Source: Myxococcota bacterium
GTDB taxonomy: Bacteria > Myxococcota_A > SURF-8
DNA: 64,000 nucleotides
Assembly: GCA_965140415.1 (NCBI GenBank)
Contig: OZ223209.1
Location: 2,624,001 to 2,688,000 of the forward strand
Direction: 5' to 3'
Both the position numbers and the translations under genes were made by a program. The notes beneath the pieces are model-generated. The model was not told the DNA's origin and did not search any database. It was given only the letters and a program-made list of their open reading frames with translations. How positions within the stretch are numbered: position 1 is the stretch's first letter; each line of letters starts with the position of its first letter. Shown one piece after another: positions 28,837-38,568 of this stretch.

Positions 28837-28921
28837 CACTTTAAGCTCGAGTTTAAAGGCTGATGCGCTATGAATATATGGCATTAAGCCGATTTTTTCG
28901 TGGTTTTCCATGTGGATTGGT

Positions 28922-28974
28922 GGACAAAATGTCAATATACCCTGTTGGGTGCCGACTGGGGTGACAAATTGTCA
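28922..28974. promoter_or_regulatory. Two palindromic enhancer-like sites (UAS)
   Basis: GGACA-AAA-TGTCA (28922-28934) and TGACA-AAT-TGTCA (28962-28974), 40 bp apart. Confidence 0.65.
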
Positions 28975-29213
28975 TTACATTCGAGCGATTTGGGGTGTTG
29001 CTGAAAATGTGAAAAGGATTTCAGTGTAAAGTTCTTGGAAATCGTGCATCGATTCACTTTGAACCGGGTTTGAATCACTACGGCACTGCCGCCAGGCGCA
29101 GGCCGCAATTCGAGCCGAAGTATAGAGAAAGTTAAGAAAATAAATTGCGTATCTTGCTGCACCATGCTAAGTAAATTTGCTCAGTTAGGGCCACCCCATA
29201 TGGAAATGGCCTC

Positions 29214-29552
29214 ATGTCCGAGGAGGGTTGGAGCGTGGGTTCATTGAGTCGGGAAAAAGTAGTCAAACTTGTCGAGCAGGGCGTTAGCCTGCATAAAGAA
29301 GATCTTTCCGGCATGGATCTGAGCGGGTTGAATCTTCGTGGTGCAGATCTGAGTTTCGCCAACCTCGCCGGTGCCAAACTGAAAAACACGAATCTCATTT
29401 GTGCAAATATGGAAAACACGGATCTGACCGGAGCGCAGTTGGAAGGTGCGGATTTGCGTTACGCCAACCTCAAGGGCGCCGTTTTGGTAAACACGGACCT
29501 TCAAGAGGAAGACCTCTTTAAAATCACACGTTTACGTCACGCCGAAAAGTAA
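29214..29552 (+). CDS. Pentapeptide repeat protein
   Basis: A(D/N)LxG repeats: DLSGM DLSGL NLRGA DLSFA NLAGA. Confidence 0.88.
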   Translation: MSEEGWSVGSLSREKVVKLVEQGVSLHKEDLSGMDLSGLNLRGADLSFANLAGAKLKNTNLICANMENTDLTGAQLEGADLRYANLKGAVLVNTDLQEEDLFKITRLRHAEK

Positions 29553-29648
29553 CTGAACCAGCAAAAATGTAGAACACTCCTATGCGTCTTCTATCTTCGC
29601 ACGGAAGAACGATGTGCAACAGATTCTGATTTGTTGTGAAGAGGGGGC

Positions 29649-29984
29649 TTACTCGGCGTAGAAGGGGTCGACTTGTGACAGGAAACGTTTTAAAGCCGCT
29701 TTCTGTTCATCGTCCAGCGCCATGAACTTGATGCCCATGCGGCCTTCGTCTTCTTCGTGGCTCCAAACGACTTCTCCCAGGCATTCCAGGATGTCGCTTC
29801 CGGTCGGGAAGTTCAAGACCAACTCAACCGTGGTGCCAACACGCTCCACTGAAGGAGCAACGATGCTGATACCGCCCAGTGAAATATTCTCGATTTTGTG
29901 GAAAAGAAGGACTTCTTCTCCCGTAAAATCAACATACGCATTCGCTTCGATACGCGGATATTGTCTTTGATCTCGAGTCCCCAT
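29649..29984 (-). CDS. Stand-alone PilZ domain protein
   Basis: RQYPR (RxxxR), NISLGG, GEVVW, GIKF; start 29984 after GGAGG. Confidence 0.9.
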   Translation of the reverse strand: MGTRDQRQYPRIEANAYVDFTGEEVLLFHKIENISLGGISIVAPSVERVGTTVELVLNFPTGSDILECLGEVVWSHEEDEGRMGIKFMALDDEQKAALKRFLSQVDPFYAE

Positions 29985-30022
29985 GCATGCCTCCACTGTT
30001 GGCTATCCCGAACCACGGGAAG

Positions 30023-30050
30023 AATATACCATAACCCCCTTGTCTGGCAA
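30023..30050 (-). promoter_or_regulatory. Candidate sigma70 promoter for the PilZ gene
   Basis: Minus strand TTGCCA-N16-TATATT with TGn extension. Confidence 0.5.
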
Positions 30051-30104
30051 GTTCTTTTTCGATTTCCGTGTGCGTGCTTCCGGCGGTTGTAAAGGGGAGG
30101 GGGC

Positions 30105-31478
30105 TCAGTTTAGCTGGTCGATCTTTCGATAGATCGTGCGGACCGCAATGCCCAGAATTTGGGCGGTGAGTTTTTTGTCGCCTCCGGTACGAGCCAGGGT
30201 TTCCTTGATGACCTGATGCTCGATTTCTTCCAGTGTCAAACCGAAAGGTACCGTAAAATCCGCAGCTTGAGTGGCAGAAGGCTTGGCTTCTTCCTCGAAG
30301 AAATCGACTGGCTGCAAGGTGTCCTCAGCGGATAGAATCACGGCTCGCTGGACTTTCTTTTCCAGTTCGCGGACGTTTCCCGGCCATTTGTAAGCCAGTA
30401 GAGAATCCAGCGTTTTATGTGAGATTCCCTTGGTTTTGACTCCGTTCTCCTCGCAGTGGCGCTTGACGAAATGCTGGGTAAGCAGCGAAATGTCGTCTTT
30501 TCGTTCGCGGAGCGGCGGCAAGGTGATGGGAATGCCGTTTAGGCGATAGTACAAATCTTCCCGAAAACGTTTTTCCGCTACTTCCTGTAGCAATTGCCGA
30601 TTGGTGGCGGCGATCAGTCGAAAATCGACCTTGATCGAGGTCGTGCTGCCAAGGCGCTCGAATTCACCTTCTTCAAGCACACGTAACAGCTTGGCCTGCA
30701 ACGATAAACTCATGTCGCCGATTTCATCCAGGAAGAGCGTTCCCTCGTGAGCGGCCATGATGCGTCCGTCCTTGCGCTGTGTCGCGCCGGTGAACGCCCC
30801 GCGTTCATAGCCAAACAATTCCGATTCCAAAATGGTTTCCGGCAGCGCAGCGCAATTGACCGCTACGAAATTCTTTTTATTTCTGCCACTTTGGCGATGG
30901 ATCGCCCTGGCGAAAAGTTCTTTTCCCGTTCCGCTTTCACCCTGAATCAGAATCGGCGCGGTAGTCGGCGCTGCCTGTTCCAGAATTTTCAACGGTTTTC
31001 GAATGGCAGCGCTGGAGCCGATGATCTGCGCCCGACCGCTGACTTGCTCCAGTTGTTCGCGAAGCTGCCGGTTTTCTTCGAGCAGGCTCATTTTCTCCAT
31101 GGCGCGCTCTACCGTCTTTGTAACCTGCACCTTTCGTATCGGTTTGGTGATAAAGTCGTAGGCACCGGATTTCATGGCTTCTACAGCCGTTTCGATCGTG
31201 CCGTAAGCGGTCATCAAAATGATTTGAGATTCAAGTTGCAGCGTGCGCGCCGTTTTCAGAATGTCCAACCCATCGACTTCGCCGGGCATTATCATATCGG
31301 TCAATACGACGTGGAAGCGTTCCGAGCGCATTTTGTCAAGGGCTTCTTTGCCACGCGAGGCGGTGGAGACACTATAACCCTCTTTTTGAAACAGCCGCTC
31401 CAGCGAAAGCAGGTGCTCGGTTTCGTCGTCTACGATTAGTATGGTCTTTTCTATGACTCGATCTTTCCGTTTGTTCAT
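30105..31478 (-). CDS. sigma54-dependent response regulator (NtrC/AtoC family enhancer-binding protein)
   Basis: REC (IVDDE, LTDMIMP, TKP), GESGTGKE, ESELFGYERGAFTGA, LFLDEIG, WPGNVREL, Fis-type HTH. Confidence 0.95.
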   Translation of the reverse strand: MNKRKDRVIEKTILIVDDETEHLLSLERLFQKEGYSVSTASRGKEALDKMRSERFHVVLTDMIMPGEVDGLDILKTARTLQLESQIILMTAYGTIETAVEAMKSGAYDFITKPIRKVQVTKTVERAMEKMSLLEENRQLREQLEQVSGRAQIIGSSAAIRKPLKILEQAAPTTAPILIQGESGTGKELFARAIHRQSGRNKKNFVAVNCAALPETILESELFGYERGAFTGATQRKDGRIMAAHEGTLFLDEIGDMSLSLQAKLLRVLEEGEFERLGSTTSIKVDFRLIAATNRQLLQEVAEKRFREDLYYRLNGIPITLPPLRERKDDISLLTQHFVKRHCEENGVKTKGISHKTLDSLLAYKWPGNVRELEKKVQRAVILSAEDTLQPVDFFEEEAKPSATQAADFTVPFGLTLEEIEHQVIKETLARTGGDKKLTAQILGIAVRTIYRKIDQLN

Positions 31479-31691
31479 TCGATTGACTTACGCTGTTGGG
31501 TATCACAAAAAGTCATGGATTGCAACAAGTCGTCACCATGTTCTATTCCCGCTTTCTTCAACATCGGTCTGTTTTTACTGGCTCTCGCTATCGACGAGAT
31601 GAAATGCCGCAGGTCTATGTTTTCCTTGACAATGACGGGGATTCAGGGTAATTGCTGCCTGCAAGGCTTCGCAATGTGATTGGGAACAATC

Positions 31692-31769
31692 GCCCCCATA
31701 GCTCAGCTGGATAGAGCACAGGATTCCTAATCCTGGCTAGCGCAGGTTCGAGTCCTGCTGGGGGCACCA
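31692..31769 (+). tRNA. tRNA-Arg (anticodon CCT)
   Basis: Acceptor GCCCCCA/TGGGGGC, D-arm GCTC..GAGC, anticodon stem CAGGA-TTCCTAA-TCCTG, T-loop TTCGAGT, encoded CCA. Confidence 0.95.
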
Positions 31770-31840
31770 TTGTTTTACCCCTTTTTTTCGAGATGCATGC
31801 CGTTCGTTTGGGCGGATAATTCCCGGCATTCGAAAAAGGG

Positions 31841-31869
31841 TTGACAAAAGACTAATGAATACATAGAAT
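31841..31869 (+). promoter_or_regulatory. sigma70 promoter of ihfB
   Basis: TTGACA-N17-TAGAAT, near consensus. Confidence 0.8.
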
Positions 31870-31907
31870 TGCTTCATCTCTTGTTAGAGAGCCAGAGGAG
31901 GCCATCT

Positions 31908-32204
31908 ATGAACAAATCGGAGCTGATCGAACAGCTTGCCGCGAATGCGGATGTCACCAAAAAGAAAGCCGAGCTGGTGGTCAACCTGATCTTCGATTCC
32001 ATGGCGGAAGCGCTTGCGCGCGGCGACAGAATCGAGATCCGAGGCTTTGGAAGTCTCGTCAACAAGCATTACGATGCCTACCAGGGCCGTAACCCGCGCA
32101 CGGGTGAAGTGATCCAGGTGCCGGAAAAGCGGTTGCCCTTCTTCAAGGTCGGCAAAGAATTGCGGGAGCGTGTGGACGGTCTGACCGGTGGCGGTGAAGG
32201 CTGA
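31908..32204 (+). CDS. ihfB: Integration host factor beta subunit (HU/IHF family)
   Basis: MNKSELIE, RIEIRGFGS, GRNPRTGE, PFFKVGKELRERVD; ATG after GAGGAGG. Confidence 0.88.
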   Translation: MNKSELIEQLAANADVTKKKAELVVNLIFDSMAEALARGDRIEIRGFGSLVNKHYDAYQGRNPRTGEVIQVPEKRLPFFKVGKELRERVDGLTGGGEG

Positions 32205-32247
32205 TTTCCTGATCCCTCGATTCTTCTTCTCATTTTAACTCTGCGGA

Positions 32248-32976
32248 TTGTCGATGTATACTTGCGCGAAAAAACGGGCGTTTTGCGCCGTGGCGGGGCT
32301 GTTGTGCGTGCTTGCCTGTGTATTGTCAGCTTGTCAGAAACCGGCGTTTCAGTCCGGCGAGGCTCTTGCTTTTCTCAACCGACATCAAACTGAAATCGAG
32401 CGTATCCGTGAATCCTACCGGCAGCAATACGCCAAAATCGGTATGGAATCCGTGCAGATGATGATGAAAAAGGGGAAGCCGGAAAGTCGCGAAGTCTTCG
32501 ATCAGATGAAGCGTCAGGCGGAAATCCGCAAACGGGTGATTTTCGCCAACATATTGAAGTATCAGGTCGATCTGGATCTGCTGCGCTACGTCAATCCCAT
32601 CCAGGATGACGTTCGCAGGGCGCTGGCTGCGTTGCGGAAGGAAAAGATCGATCGTCCCGATCCGCTTTCTGCCTATCTGAAAGATACCGAATTCGAGGAA
32701 TTCGAAACCGACACCGCCAATATGCTCAAGCGCGACAATGAAAAGCTCGCGTTTTGGAAGGCTGAGTTGGAAAAGTGGGAGCAGAGCTGGGAACTCGATC
32801 ATTTCGACTATAACCCTCCCGAGATCAAGCGGGACGTGTTCCGCTTCGACTACGACAATCAACCGCAGTTGCTTAACTCCCTGAAACAGGTGTTGAAACC
32901 CAAATCAACCGCGCCGGCTTCATCCAAGGAAAAGGACGCCTCTACGGAAGCGCCGCAAACGCCTCCTGCGAAATAA
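32248..32976 (+). CDS. Hypothetical helical lipoprotein
   Basis: Hydrophobic N-terminus with LSA-C lipobox; host-like codon usage; start uncertain. Confidence 0.65.
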   Translation: MSMYTCAKKRAFCAVAGLLCVLACVLSACQKPAFQSGEALAFLNRHQTEIERIRESYRQQYAKIGMESVQMMMKKGKPESREVFDQMKRQAEIRKRVIFANILKYQVDLDLLRYVNPIQDDVRRALAALRKEKIDRPDPLSAYLKDTEFEEFETDTANMLKRDNEKLAFWKAELEKWEQSWELDHFDYNPPEIKRDVFRFDYDNQPQLLNSLKQVLKPKSTAPASSKEKDASTEAPQTPPAK

Positions 32977-33034
32977 TACGATATCCTAAAGTACAAGGTG
33001 GTCTTTGGCGATGCGAAAAGAGCCGTCTTTCGTC

Positions 33035-33063
33035 TTGACTATCCAGTCGCTTGCCACTAGACT
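33035..33063 (+). promoter_or_regulatory. sigma70 promoter of miaB
   Basis: TTGACT-N17-TAGACT. Confidence 0.6.
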
Positions 33064-33086
33064 CGCTGAGTTTTTGTGGAGGAGTT

Positions 33087-34421
33087 ATGGCGAAAAAGAA
33101 AAAACTGCACATTATCACCTACGGCTGCCAGATGAATCAGTACGATTCGATGCGCATGAAAGAACGTCTGGCCGACGAATACGATTCGGTTGATGCGGCG
33201 GAAGAGGCCGACCTGATCATCATCAATACCTGCTCGGTGCGAGAAAAACCGGAAAACAAGGTGTATTCTCAACTGGGTGGCTTGCGCAGCCTGAAGCGAA
33301 AGAATCCCGATCTGGTCGTGGCCGTGGCCGGTTGCGTGGCGCAGCAGGAAAAGGAGCACTTGCTAAAGCAGGCCCCGCATCTGGATCTGGTTTTAGGACC
33401 GGATGAAGAACCGAACCTGCCTGAATTGATTGAACAAGTGCAGCAGGGCAAGCGTCTTGTTGCCACGCGCTTCGATCCTAACCCCTTTCATTTGCAGGCG
33501 CAATCTCCCTTGCCGGAAATGGGGCAGGGCGGAAAGGTCTCCGCTTTTCTAGCCGTTCAAAAAGGCTGCAATCATTTCTGCACCTATTGCATCGTTCCTT
33601 ACGTGCGCGGTCGCGAGAAAAGTCGTCCGCTGGCTGAAATCCTGGATGAAACCAGGCGTTTCGCCGAGGTTGGCATTCGCGAGATCACTCTTTTGGGACA
33701 GAATATCAACGGCTACGGAACCGATTTCGAAAATGGTCCCGATTTCGCCGACCTGCTGCGGGCCGTCGCTGAAATCGATGGCATCGAGCGCATTCGCTTT
33801 GTAACTTCGCATCCGGCGGCAATGACCGACCGTCATCTCGATGCGATGGCGGAAGTCGATAAAGTCTGTGAATACCTGCATCTGCCCGTGCAATCCGGCA
33901 GCGACGCCGTTCTCGCTGCGATGAGACGTGGCTATACTCGCGGTGAATACCTGGATCTGATTCAGCGACTCAAGCAGCGTATTCCCGATCTGGCGCTTTC
34001 CGGCGATATGATCGTCGGCTTTCCGGGCGAAACGGAAGAGGATTTTCAGCAAACGCTTGATCTTGTAAGAGAAATCGGATATCACACCTTATATTCGTTC
34101 GCCTATTCCGAACGACCCGGTACTCGGGCGGCTCGCATGGTGGACGATGTGGTCAAAGAAGATAAACTGGAGCGACTCGCGCGTTTGCAAGCGTTACAAA
34201 AAGAATTGACGCTGGCTGCAAACAAGCGTTTATTGGGAAGCAGGCAGCAGGTGTTGTTCGAAGGTCATTCCAAACGAACGAATGGCGATTTGTCCGGGCG
34301 CACGCGCTGCAACAAGATTGTCAACGTTCCGGCCAATTCCGAATGGCTTGGGCGTTTCGCGAATGTGAGGATTACAGCGGCTTATCAGAATTCTCTACGT
34401 GGCGAACTGGAGTTGGCATAG
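33087..34421 (+). CDS. miaB: tRNA ms2i6A37 methylthiotransferase MiaB
   Basis: TYGCQMNQYDS, NTCSVRE, GCVAQQ, radical SAM CNHFCTYC, HLPVQSGS, IVGFPGET, TRAM domain. Confidence 0.96.
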   Translation: MAKKKKLHIITYGCQMNQYDSMRMKERLADEYDSVDAAEEADLIIINTCSVREKPENKVYSQLGGLRSLKRKNPDLVVAVAGCVAQQEKEHLLKQAPHLDLVLGPDEEPNLPELIEQVQQGKRLVATRFDPNPFHLQAQSPLPEMGQGGKVSAFLAVQKGCNHFCTYCIVPYVRGREKSRPLAEILDETRRFAEVGIREITLLGQNINGYGTDFENGPDFADLLRAVAEIDGIERIRFVTSHPAAMTDRHLDAMAEVDKVCEYLHLPVQSGSDAVLAAMRRGYTRGEYLDLIQRLKQRIPDLALSGDMIVGFPGETEEDFQQTLDLVREIGYHTLYSFAYSERPGTRAARMVDDVVKEDKLERLARLQALQKELTLAANKRLLGSRQQVLFEGHSKRTNGDLSGRTRCNKIVNVPANSEWLGRFANVRITAAYQNSLRGELELA

Positions 34422-34433
34422 GAGCACATCAGC

Positions 34434-34937
34434 ATGACTCGCCGGATTAAAATGGACGTGCATACGATCGATCTGAACTTCTCCCATCGTCTGCCGACCG
34501 TGGTTTTAAAAAGCGCGCAAACCGGTGAAAACCTGCCGGTGCCGGTGGAAAACGATTTCATCGACGATATCGTTGAGGGATTGAAGGGCGACGTTCCCTT
34601 TGCACAAGGCGTTTTACGAGCCTTCCTGGAAAGCGTTAGCTTGCTGGGAGGAAGTCTGCTTCGCGTGGAGCTTTCCGGCAAGGATCAAGAAGAAATCAAT
34701 GCCAGCCTGTTATTGAGAGCCGCAACCGGACGTCAGGAACGAATTGCCACTCAGACAGGGCTGGCGCTGGCTCTTTCGTTGTATTCCGGCGTTTCCGTTT
34801 TTGCCGCCGAAGATCTGTTGGGATCGATGCGGGTTCAGCAAATGGAAGAAGACGATATCGACTCCTTACTGGAAAACGAAATTCAGGATCTGTTCGAGAA
34901 ATTCGACGAAACCGAGTTCTCGAAATACAAAATGTAA
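34434..34937 (+). CDS. Divergent bifunctional nuclease (DUF151)-like protein
   Basis: Length, position after miaB, PTVVLK..LPV, LALAL..GVSVF and KYKM terminus resemble DUF151; core motifs altered. Confidence 0.55.
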   Translation: MTRRIKMDVHTIDLNFSHRLPTVVLKSAQTGENLPVPVENDFIDDIVEGLKGDVPFAQGVLRAFLESVSLLGGSLLRVELSGKDQEEINASLLLRAATGRQERIATQTGLALALSLYSGVSVFAAEDLLGSMRVQQMEEDDIDSLLENEIQDLFEKFDETEFSKYKM

Positions 34938-35038
34938 TTCGAAATTTAACTGTATCACTGCAAAGAGAACATGCCCGATATCAGCCGTTTCGGCGGCTGT
35001 TCGGTGATTTGCAAGAGTAATCTGGAGGCGCAAAAGGA

Positions 35039-35833
35039 ATGATTCTAAAGATCAAGGACTTGTGGACGGTTGGTAATATCATGGGTGGCGTGATGTGCAT
35101 CATCTTCGTGATCAACCATGAGTTGCTATTGGCGAGTTATTCCATTCTGGCCGCCTATATTTTCGATGCGACCGACGGCTGGGTGGCCAGCCTGCTCAAG
35201 CAGAGCAACAAGTTCGGTGGTGAATTCGACAATGTCGCCGATCTGGTTGCTTATTCCATCGCGCCGACCTTTTTGATTTACGGCGTTTACACCCAGCATC
35301 CGGTGCATCCGCATTTGCCGATGTGGCTGGCTGTGGCCATTGCTTCTCTCGTTTGCATTTCCGGCTGCGTTCGCTTTGCACGTTTCAACCTCGAACATCC
35401 CTCTACCGATGGCTACTGGCTTGGATTTCCGCGACCGGCGTCGGCGCTACTGTTTATCGGCTATTTCAATATGAGCGCATTCAACAGCGCGGAATATCTC
35501 TACTGGGCGGGAATCGCTCTAGTGGTGATTATCAGTGGACTGCAACTATATCTGGTTCCTTTCTATAATCATCATCGCAGTAAGGGGCACCCTTATTTCA
35601 TGAAGCTCGCGTTCTTCGTGATCGGTACCAGCACTGCGCTGGCGCTGATCGGTGGATTGATTGTCGGGTATTCGATCGTTTGGGAAGTGATTACCTTCTG
35701 GTTGTTGGGATATATCTTTTTCCACCGCTATTTTTCCTTCTCTCCTGAAGAGAAAAAAGAGATCAAGAAAAAAGTCGAAGAGTGGATGGAAAAGGAACAA
35801 GAAGAGTATCTCAAGTACAACGGCCCGCACTGA
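35039..35833 (+). CDS. CDP-alcohol phosphatidyltransferase (PssA-like)
   Basis: DATDGWVAS..SNKFGGEFDNVAD motif, RFARFN, GFPRP, multiple TMs. Confidence 0.85.
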   Translation: MILKIKDLWTVGNIMGGVMCIIFVINHELLLASYSILAAYIFDATDGWVASLLKQSNKFGGEFDNVADLVAYSIAPTFLIYGVYTQHPVHPHLPMWLAVAIASLVCISGCVRFARFNLEHPSTDGYWLGFPRPASALLFIGYFNMSAFNSAEYLYWAGIALVVIISGLQLYLVPFYNHHRSKGHPYFMKLAFFVIGTSTALALIGGLIVGYSIVWEVITFWLLGYIFFHRYFSFSPEEKKEIKKKVEEWMEKEQEEYLKYNGPH

Positions 35834-36755
35834 GAAAGGCTTCTATTGCCTGAATCACGTGCTCGTCGTCCTGCGGTGAGCGCCAGACAACATCCTGTCC
35901 AGCCCGAATCCAATACTCCTGCTTTTTCGCATAGCGATACGTCGCGGTTTCGATAGCTTGAGGCAGTTCGGTCTGATCGAGCTTGCCATCCAGCAAATCC
36001 AGCACCTGCCGATAGCCAATCGATTCATACGGCTTCAGGCTGCGATCCGGGTAGCGGGTCAATAAGCCTTTGACTTCGTCAATCAAACCATCCGCCAGCA
36101 TTTGCTTCGTCCGCAGTACGATGCGCTCGCGCAGAATGCCGCGATCCGGTTTCAATGCGATCAACAATGGGTTGTAAGGCCGTTCTTTAAAGGCGTGTTC
36201 GTTTTGCCAGTCCCATATCGTTTTACCCGAGCTTTCCAAAACTTCCAGCGCCCGAATCACGCGGCGCGGATTGTCCAGGTCGATATGTTCTCCCGCTTCC
36301 GGGGCGGCCTGGCACAGCCGCTGCACCAGTTGGGGTAAGCCTTGCTGTTGCAGGATTGCTTCATACTCCTTGCGAAGCGTTTCATTTTTTCCCGGCGCTT
36401 CCACCAATCCGCCCAATAAGGCTCGTACATACAACCCAGTGCCACCAGCAATGATCGGCAGATGCCCGCGCAGAATAACGTCGTGAATGATCTCGTTAGC
36501 CATATCGAGATAGCGGCGGGCGTCGATCGGATCGTCTGGATCGATGCAGTCGATGAGGTGGTGTGCAATGCCCTCGGTTTCTTCCGCTGTAGGTTTGGCA
36601 GTGCCGATATCGAAACCGCGCACCATCTGTAACGAATCCGCACCGATGACTTCGCCATCAAAACGTTTCGCCAGTCGAACTGCCAGGCCGGTTTTCCCGC
36701 TGGCCGTTGGCCCCTGAATGACCAGGATCGGCGGAGCTTCAACCCGTTCGTCCAA
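35811..36755 (-). CDS. miaA: tRNA dimethylallyltransferase MiaA
   Basis: GPTASGKT, DSLQ, DIGTAKP, GGTGLY, RRVIRALEV, IGYRQ; TTG start at 36755 overlapping the mutL end. Confidence 0.95.
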   Translation of the reverse strand: MDERVEAPPILVIQGPTASGKTGLAVRLAKRFDGEVIGADSLQMVRGFDIGTAKPTAEETEGIAHHLIDCIDPDDPIDARRYLDMANEIIHDVILRGHLPIIAGGTGLYVRALLGGLVEAPGKNETLRKEYEAILQQQGLPQLVQRLCQAAPEAGEHIDLDNPRRVIRALEVLESSGKTIWDWQNEHAFKERPYNPLLIALKPDRGILRERIVLRTKQMLADGLIDEVKGLLTRYPDRSLKPYESIGYRQVLDLLDGKLDQTELPQAIETATYRYAKKQEYWIRAGQDVVWRSPQDDEHVIQAIEAFLSAGRCT

Positions 36756-38568
36756 AACGCCTCTCCAATTCTTCCTGCGTGATTTCGATGAAGACCGGTC
36801 GCCCATGCGGGCAGCTTGCCGCGAAATCCACTTCATCCATTTGGCGCAGCAGCGCCATCATGTTTTCATAATTCAATGAATCGTTGGCGCGTACCACGGA
36901 ATGACAAGCCATCGTAGCCAGGCGATGATCCACCGATTCCTGAACGGCGCGACTACCACTGACTTCGGCGAAGTCGTCGAGCAGGTCGCGCACCGTGGCC
37001 GCGATATCGCCGCCTGCCAAGATTTCCGGCGCTTCCTTGACTTGGATGCTGTCGCCGCCGAAATCCTCCAGTTCGAAACCCAGATCGTGGATGTCGTCCG
37101 TGAATTCCAGCATGGCCGCTTTCTGGCGCGGATTCAGATCGATGCGCACCGGAAAGAGCAGCATCTGCCGTTCGATGCGCCGATTTCGATATTGGGCGCT
37201 TAAGCGTTCAAATGCGATTCGCTCGTGGGCGGCGTGTTGATCGATGATTCCCAATCCGCGCGGAGTGCTGACGAGAATGAAGGTTTTGTGAAGCTGAGCC
37301 AGCACCGTAAACGAGCTGAAATTCGTCATGCCTCCCGTTGGTCTGATCGGCTGTGAATAGGACCCGAAGCCCTGCGAAGAATTCGGCGACTGCGAGCCGA
37401 AGGTGCCTCCGCTATGAAATTGAGAACCGGCATAGCCACCGGCAATGGGAAACGCGGATTGGTTGCTTCGATTCCGCTCGAAGTTTTCCACGGCTTGCAT
37501 CACACGCGAGGGAAACTCCGAAGCTTTCGGCCCGTAGCCGCCTGGAGTTCCGCTGCCACCCAGCCAGGGCGAACGTCCCAGCGCTTCGCGAACCGTTTCC
37601 TTGATAAAATTATAGACCACACGCTGGTTGCTGAAACGGACCTCGGTTTTGGCCGGATGCACGTTGACGTCTACAAGTTCCGAGGGCATCTCGAGCAGTA
37701 GTACCGCCACCGGAAAGCGTTTCGGCTCCAGCATCGTTCCGTAAGAGGACGTCACGGCGTGCAATAACGAACGATCTCTGATGGCGCGACCGTTTAAAAA
37801 CAAATGCAACTGCGATGGGTTGGGGCGGGTCGTGTCCGGTGCGGAAACCATGCCGCTAAGTTTGAATTCTCCTAGTTCTCCGGCAACCGGAAACAGCTTG
37901 GGATAAACATCTTTTCCGAATACCCCGGCGGCTCGTTCGTGAAGATCCGAGGTCGGTTCGAGATTCAAAAGCTTGCGCCCGTTATGCGTATAGAGAATTC
38001 GTACATCCGGGCGCGAGAGCGCCACGCGCCAGACGACTTCGCTGATGGCTGCCAGTTCGGTTGAATCGGCTTTCATGAACTTTCGCCGGGCGGGTGTGTT
38101 GTAAAACAATTCACGTACTTCCACTTCGCAGCCACGCGGAAATCCGATTTCCTGAACGTTTTTGAGCTTTCCGCCTTCGATCGTCACACGAACGCCGGCT
38201 GTTTCATCGCGGCGGCAACTGAGTTTGAACAGCGACACCGAGGCGATTGAAGGCAGGGCTTCTCCGCGAAAACCGAGAGTACGTATAGAAAATAAATCAT
38301 CCTCGTGTTTGATTTTACTCGTTGCATGGCGCTCGACTGCCAGCAGCGCGTCGTCACGATCCATGCCCATGCCGTCGTCGGCGATGCAGATTTTCTTTTT
38401 TCCAGCGCCCTCGATATCGATGGTCAGTCGTTTGGCGCCAGCATCCAGAGCGTTTTCAAGCAATTCTTTGACTACGCTGGCCGGACGCTCGACGACTTCG
38501 CCGGCGGCGATGCGATTGGCCAGAATATCGGTAAGAATTCGAACTGGATTGGGTTTTCTCTCGGCCAT
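36739..38568 (-). CDS. mutL: DNA mismatch repair endonuclease MutL
   Basis: IAAGEVVERPASVVKEL, GFRGEAL, VDVNVHPAK, DQHAAHERIAFE, CPHGRP. Confidence 0.97.
   Translation of the reverse strand: MAERKPNPVRILTDILANRIAAGEVVERPASVVKELLENALDAGAKRLTIDIEGAGKKKICIADDGMGMDRDDALLAVERHATSKIKHEDDLFSIRTLGFRGEALPSIASVSLFKLSCRRDETAGVRVTIEGGKLKNVQEIGFPRGCEVEVRELFYNTPARRKFMKADSTELAAISEVVWRVALSRPDVRILYTHNGRKLLNLEPTSDLHERAAGVFGKDVYPKLFPVAGELGEFKLSGMVSAPDTTRPNPSQLHLFLNGRAIRDRSLLHAVTSSYGTMLEPKRFPVAVLLLEMPSELVDVNVHPAKTEVRFSNQRVVYNFIKETVREALGRSPWLGGSGTPGGYGPKASEFPSRVMQAVENFERNRSNQSAFPIAGGYAGSQFHSGGTFGSQSPNSSQGFGSYSQPIRPTGGMTNFSSFTVLAQLHKTFILVSTPRGLGIIDQHAAHERIAFERLSAQYRNRRIERQMLLFPVRIDLNPRQKAAMLEFTDDIHDLGFELEDFGGDSIQVKEAPEILAGGDIAATVRDLLDDFAEVSGSRAVQESVDHRLATMACHSVVRANDSLNYENMMALLRQMDEVDFAASCPHGRPVFIEITQEELERRFGRTG

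Noticed and set aside
29214-29552. Qnr/MfpA-type quinolone resistance protein
   Set aside because: Too short, with generic A(D/N)Lxx repeats and no Qnr-specific features visible
31692-31769. tRNA-Arg as an integration site for an island
   Set aside because: No integrase and no duplicated tRNA 3' end noticed; flanking genes are housekeeping
35811-35833. Convergent 23-bp overlap of the pssA-like gene and miaA
   Set aside because: Short 3' overlaps are common in compact genomes; no further signal
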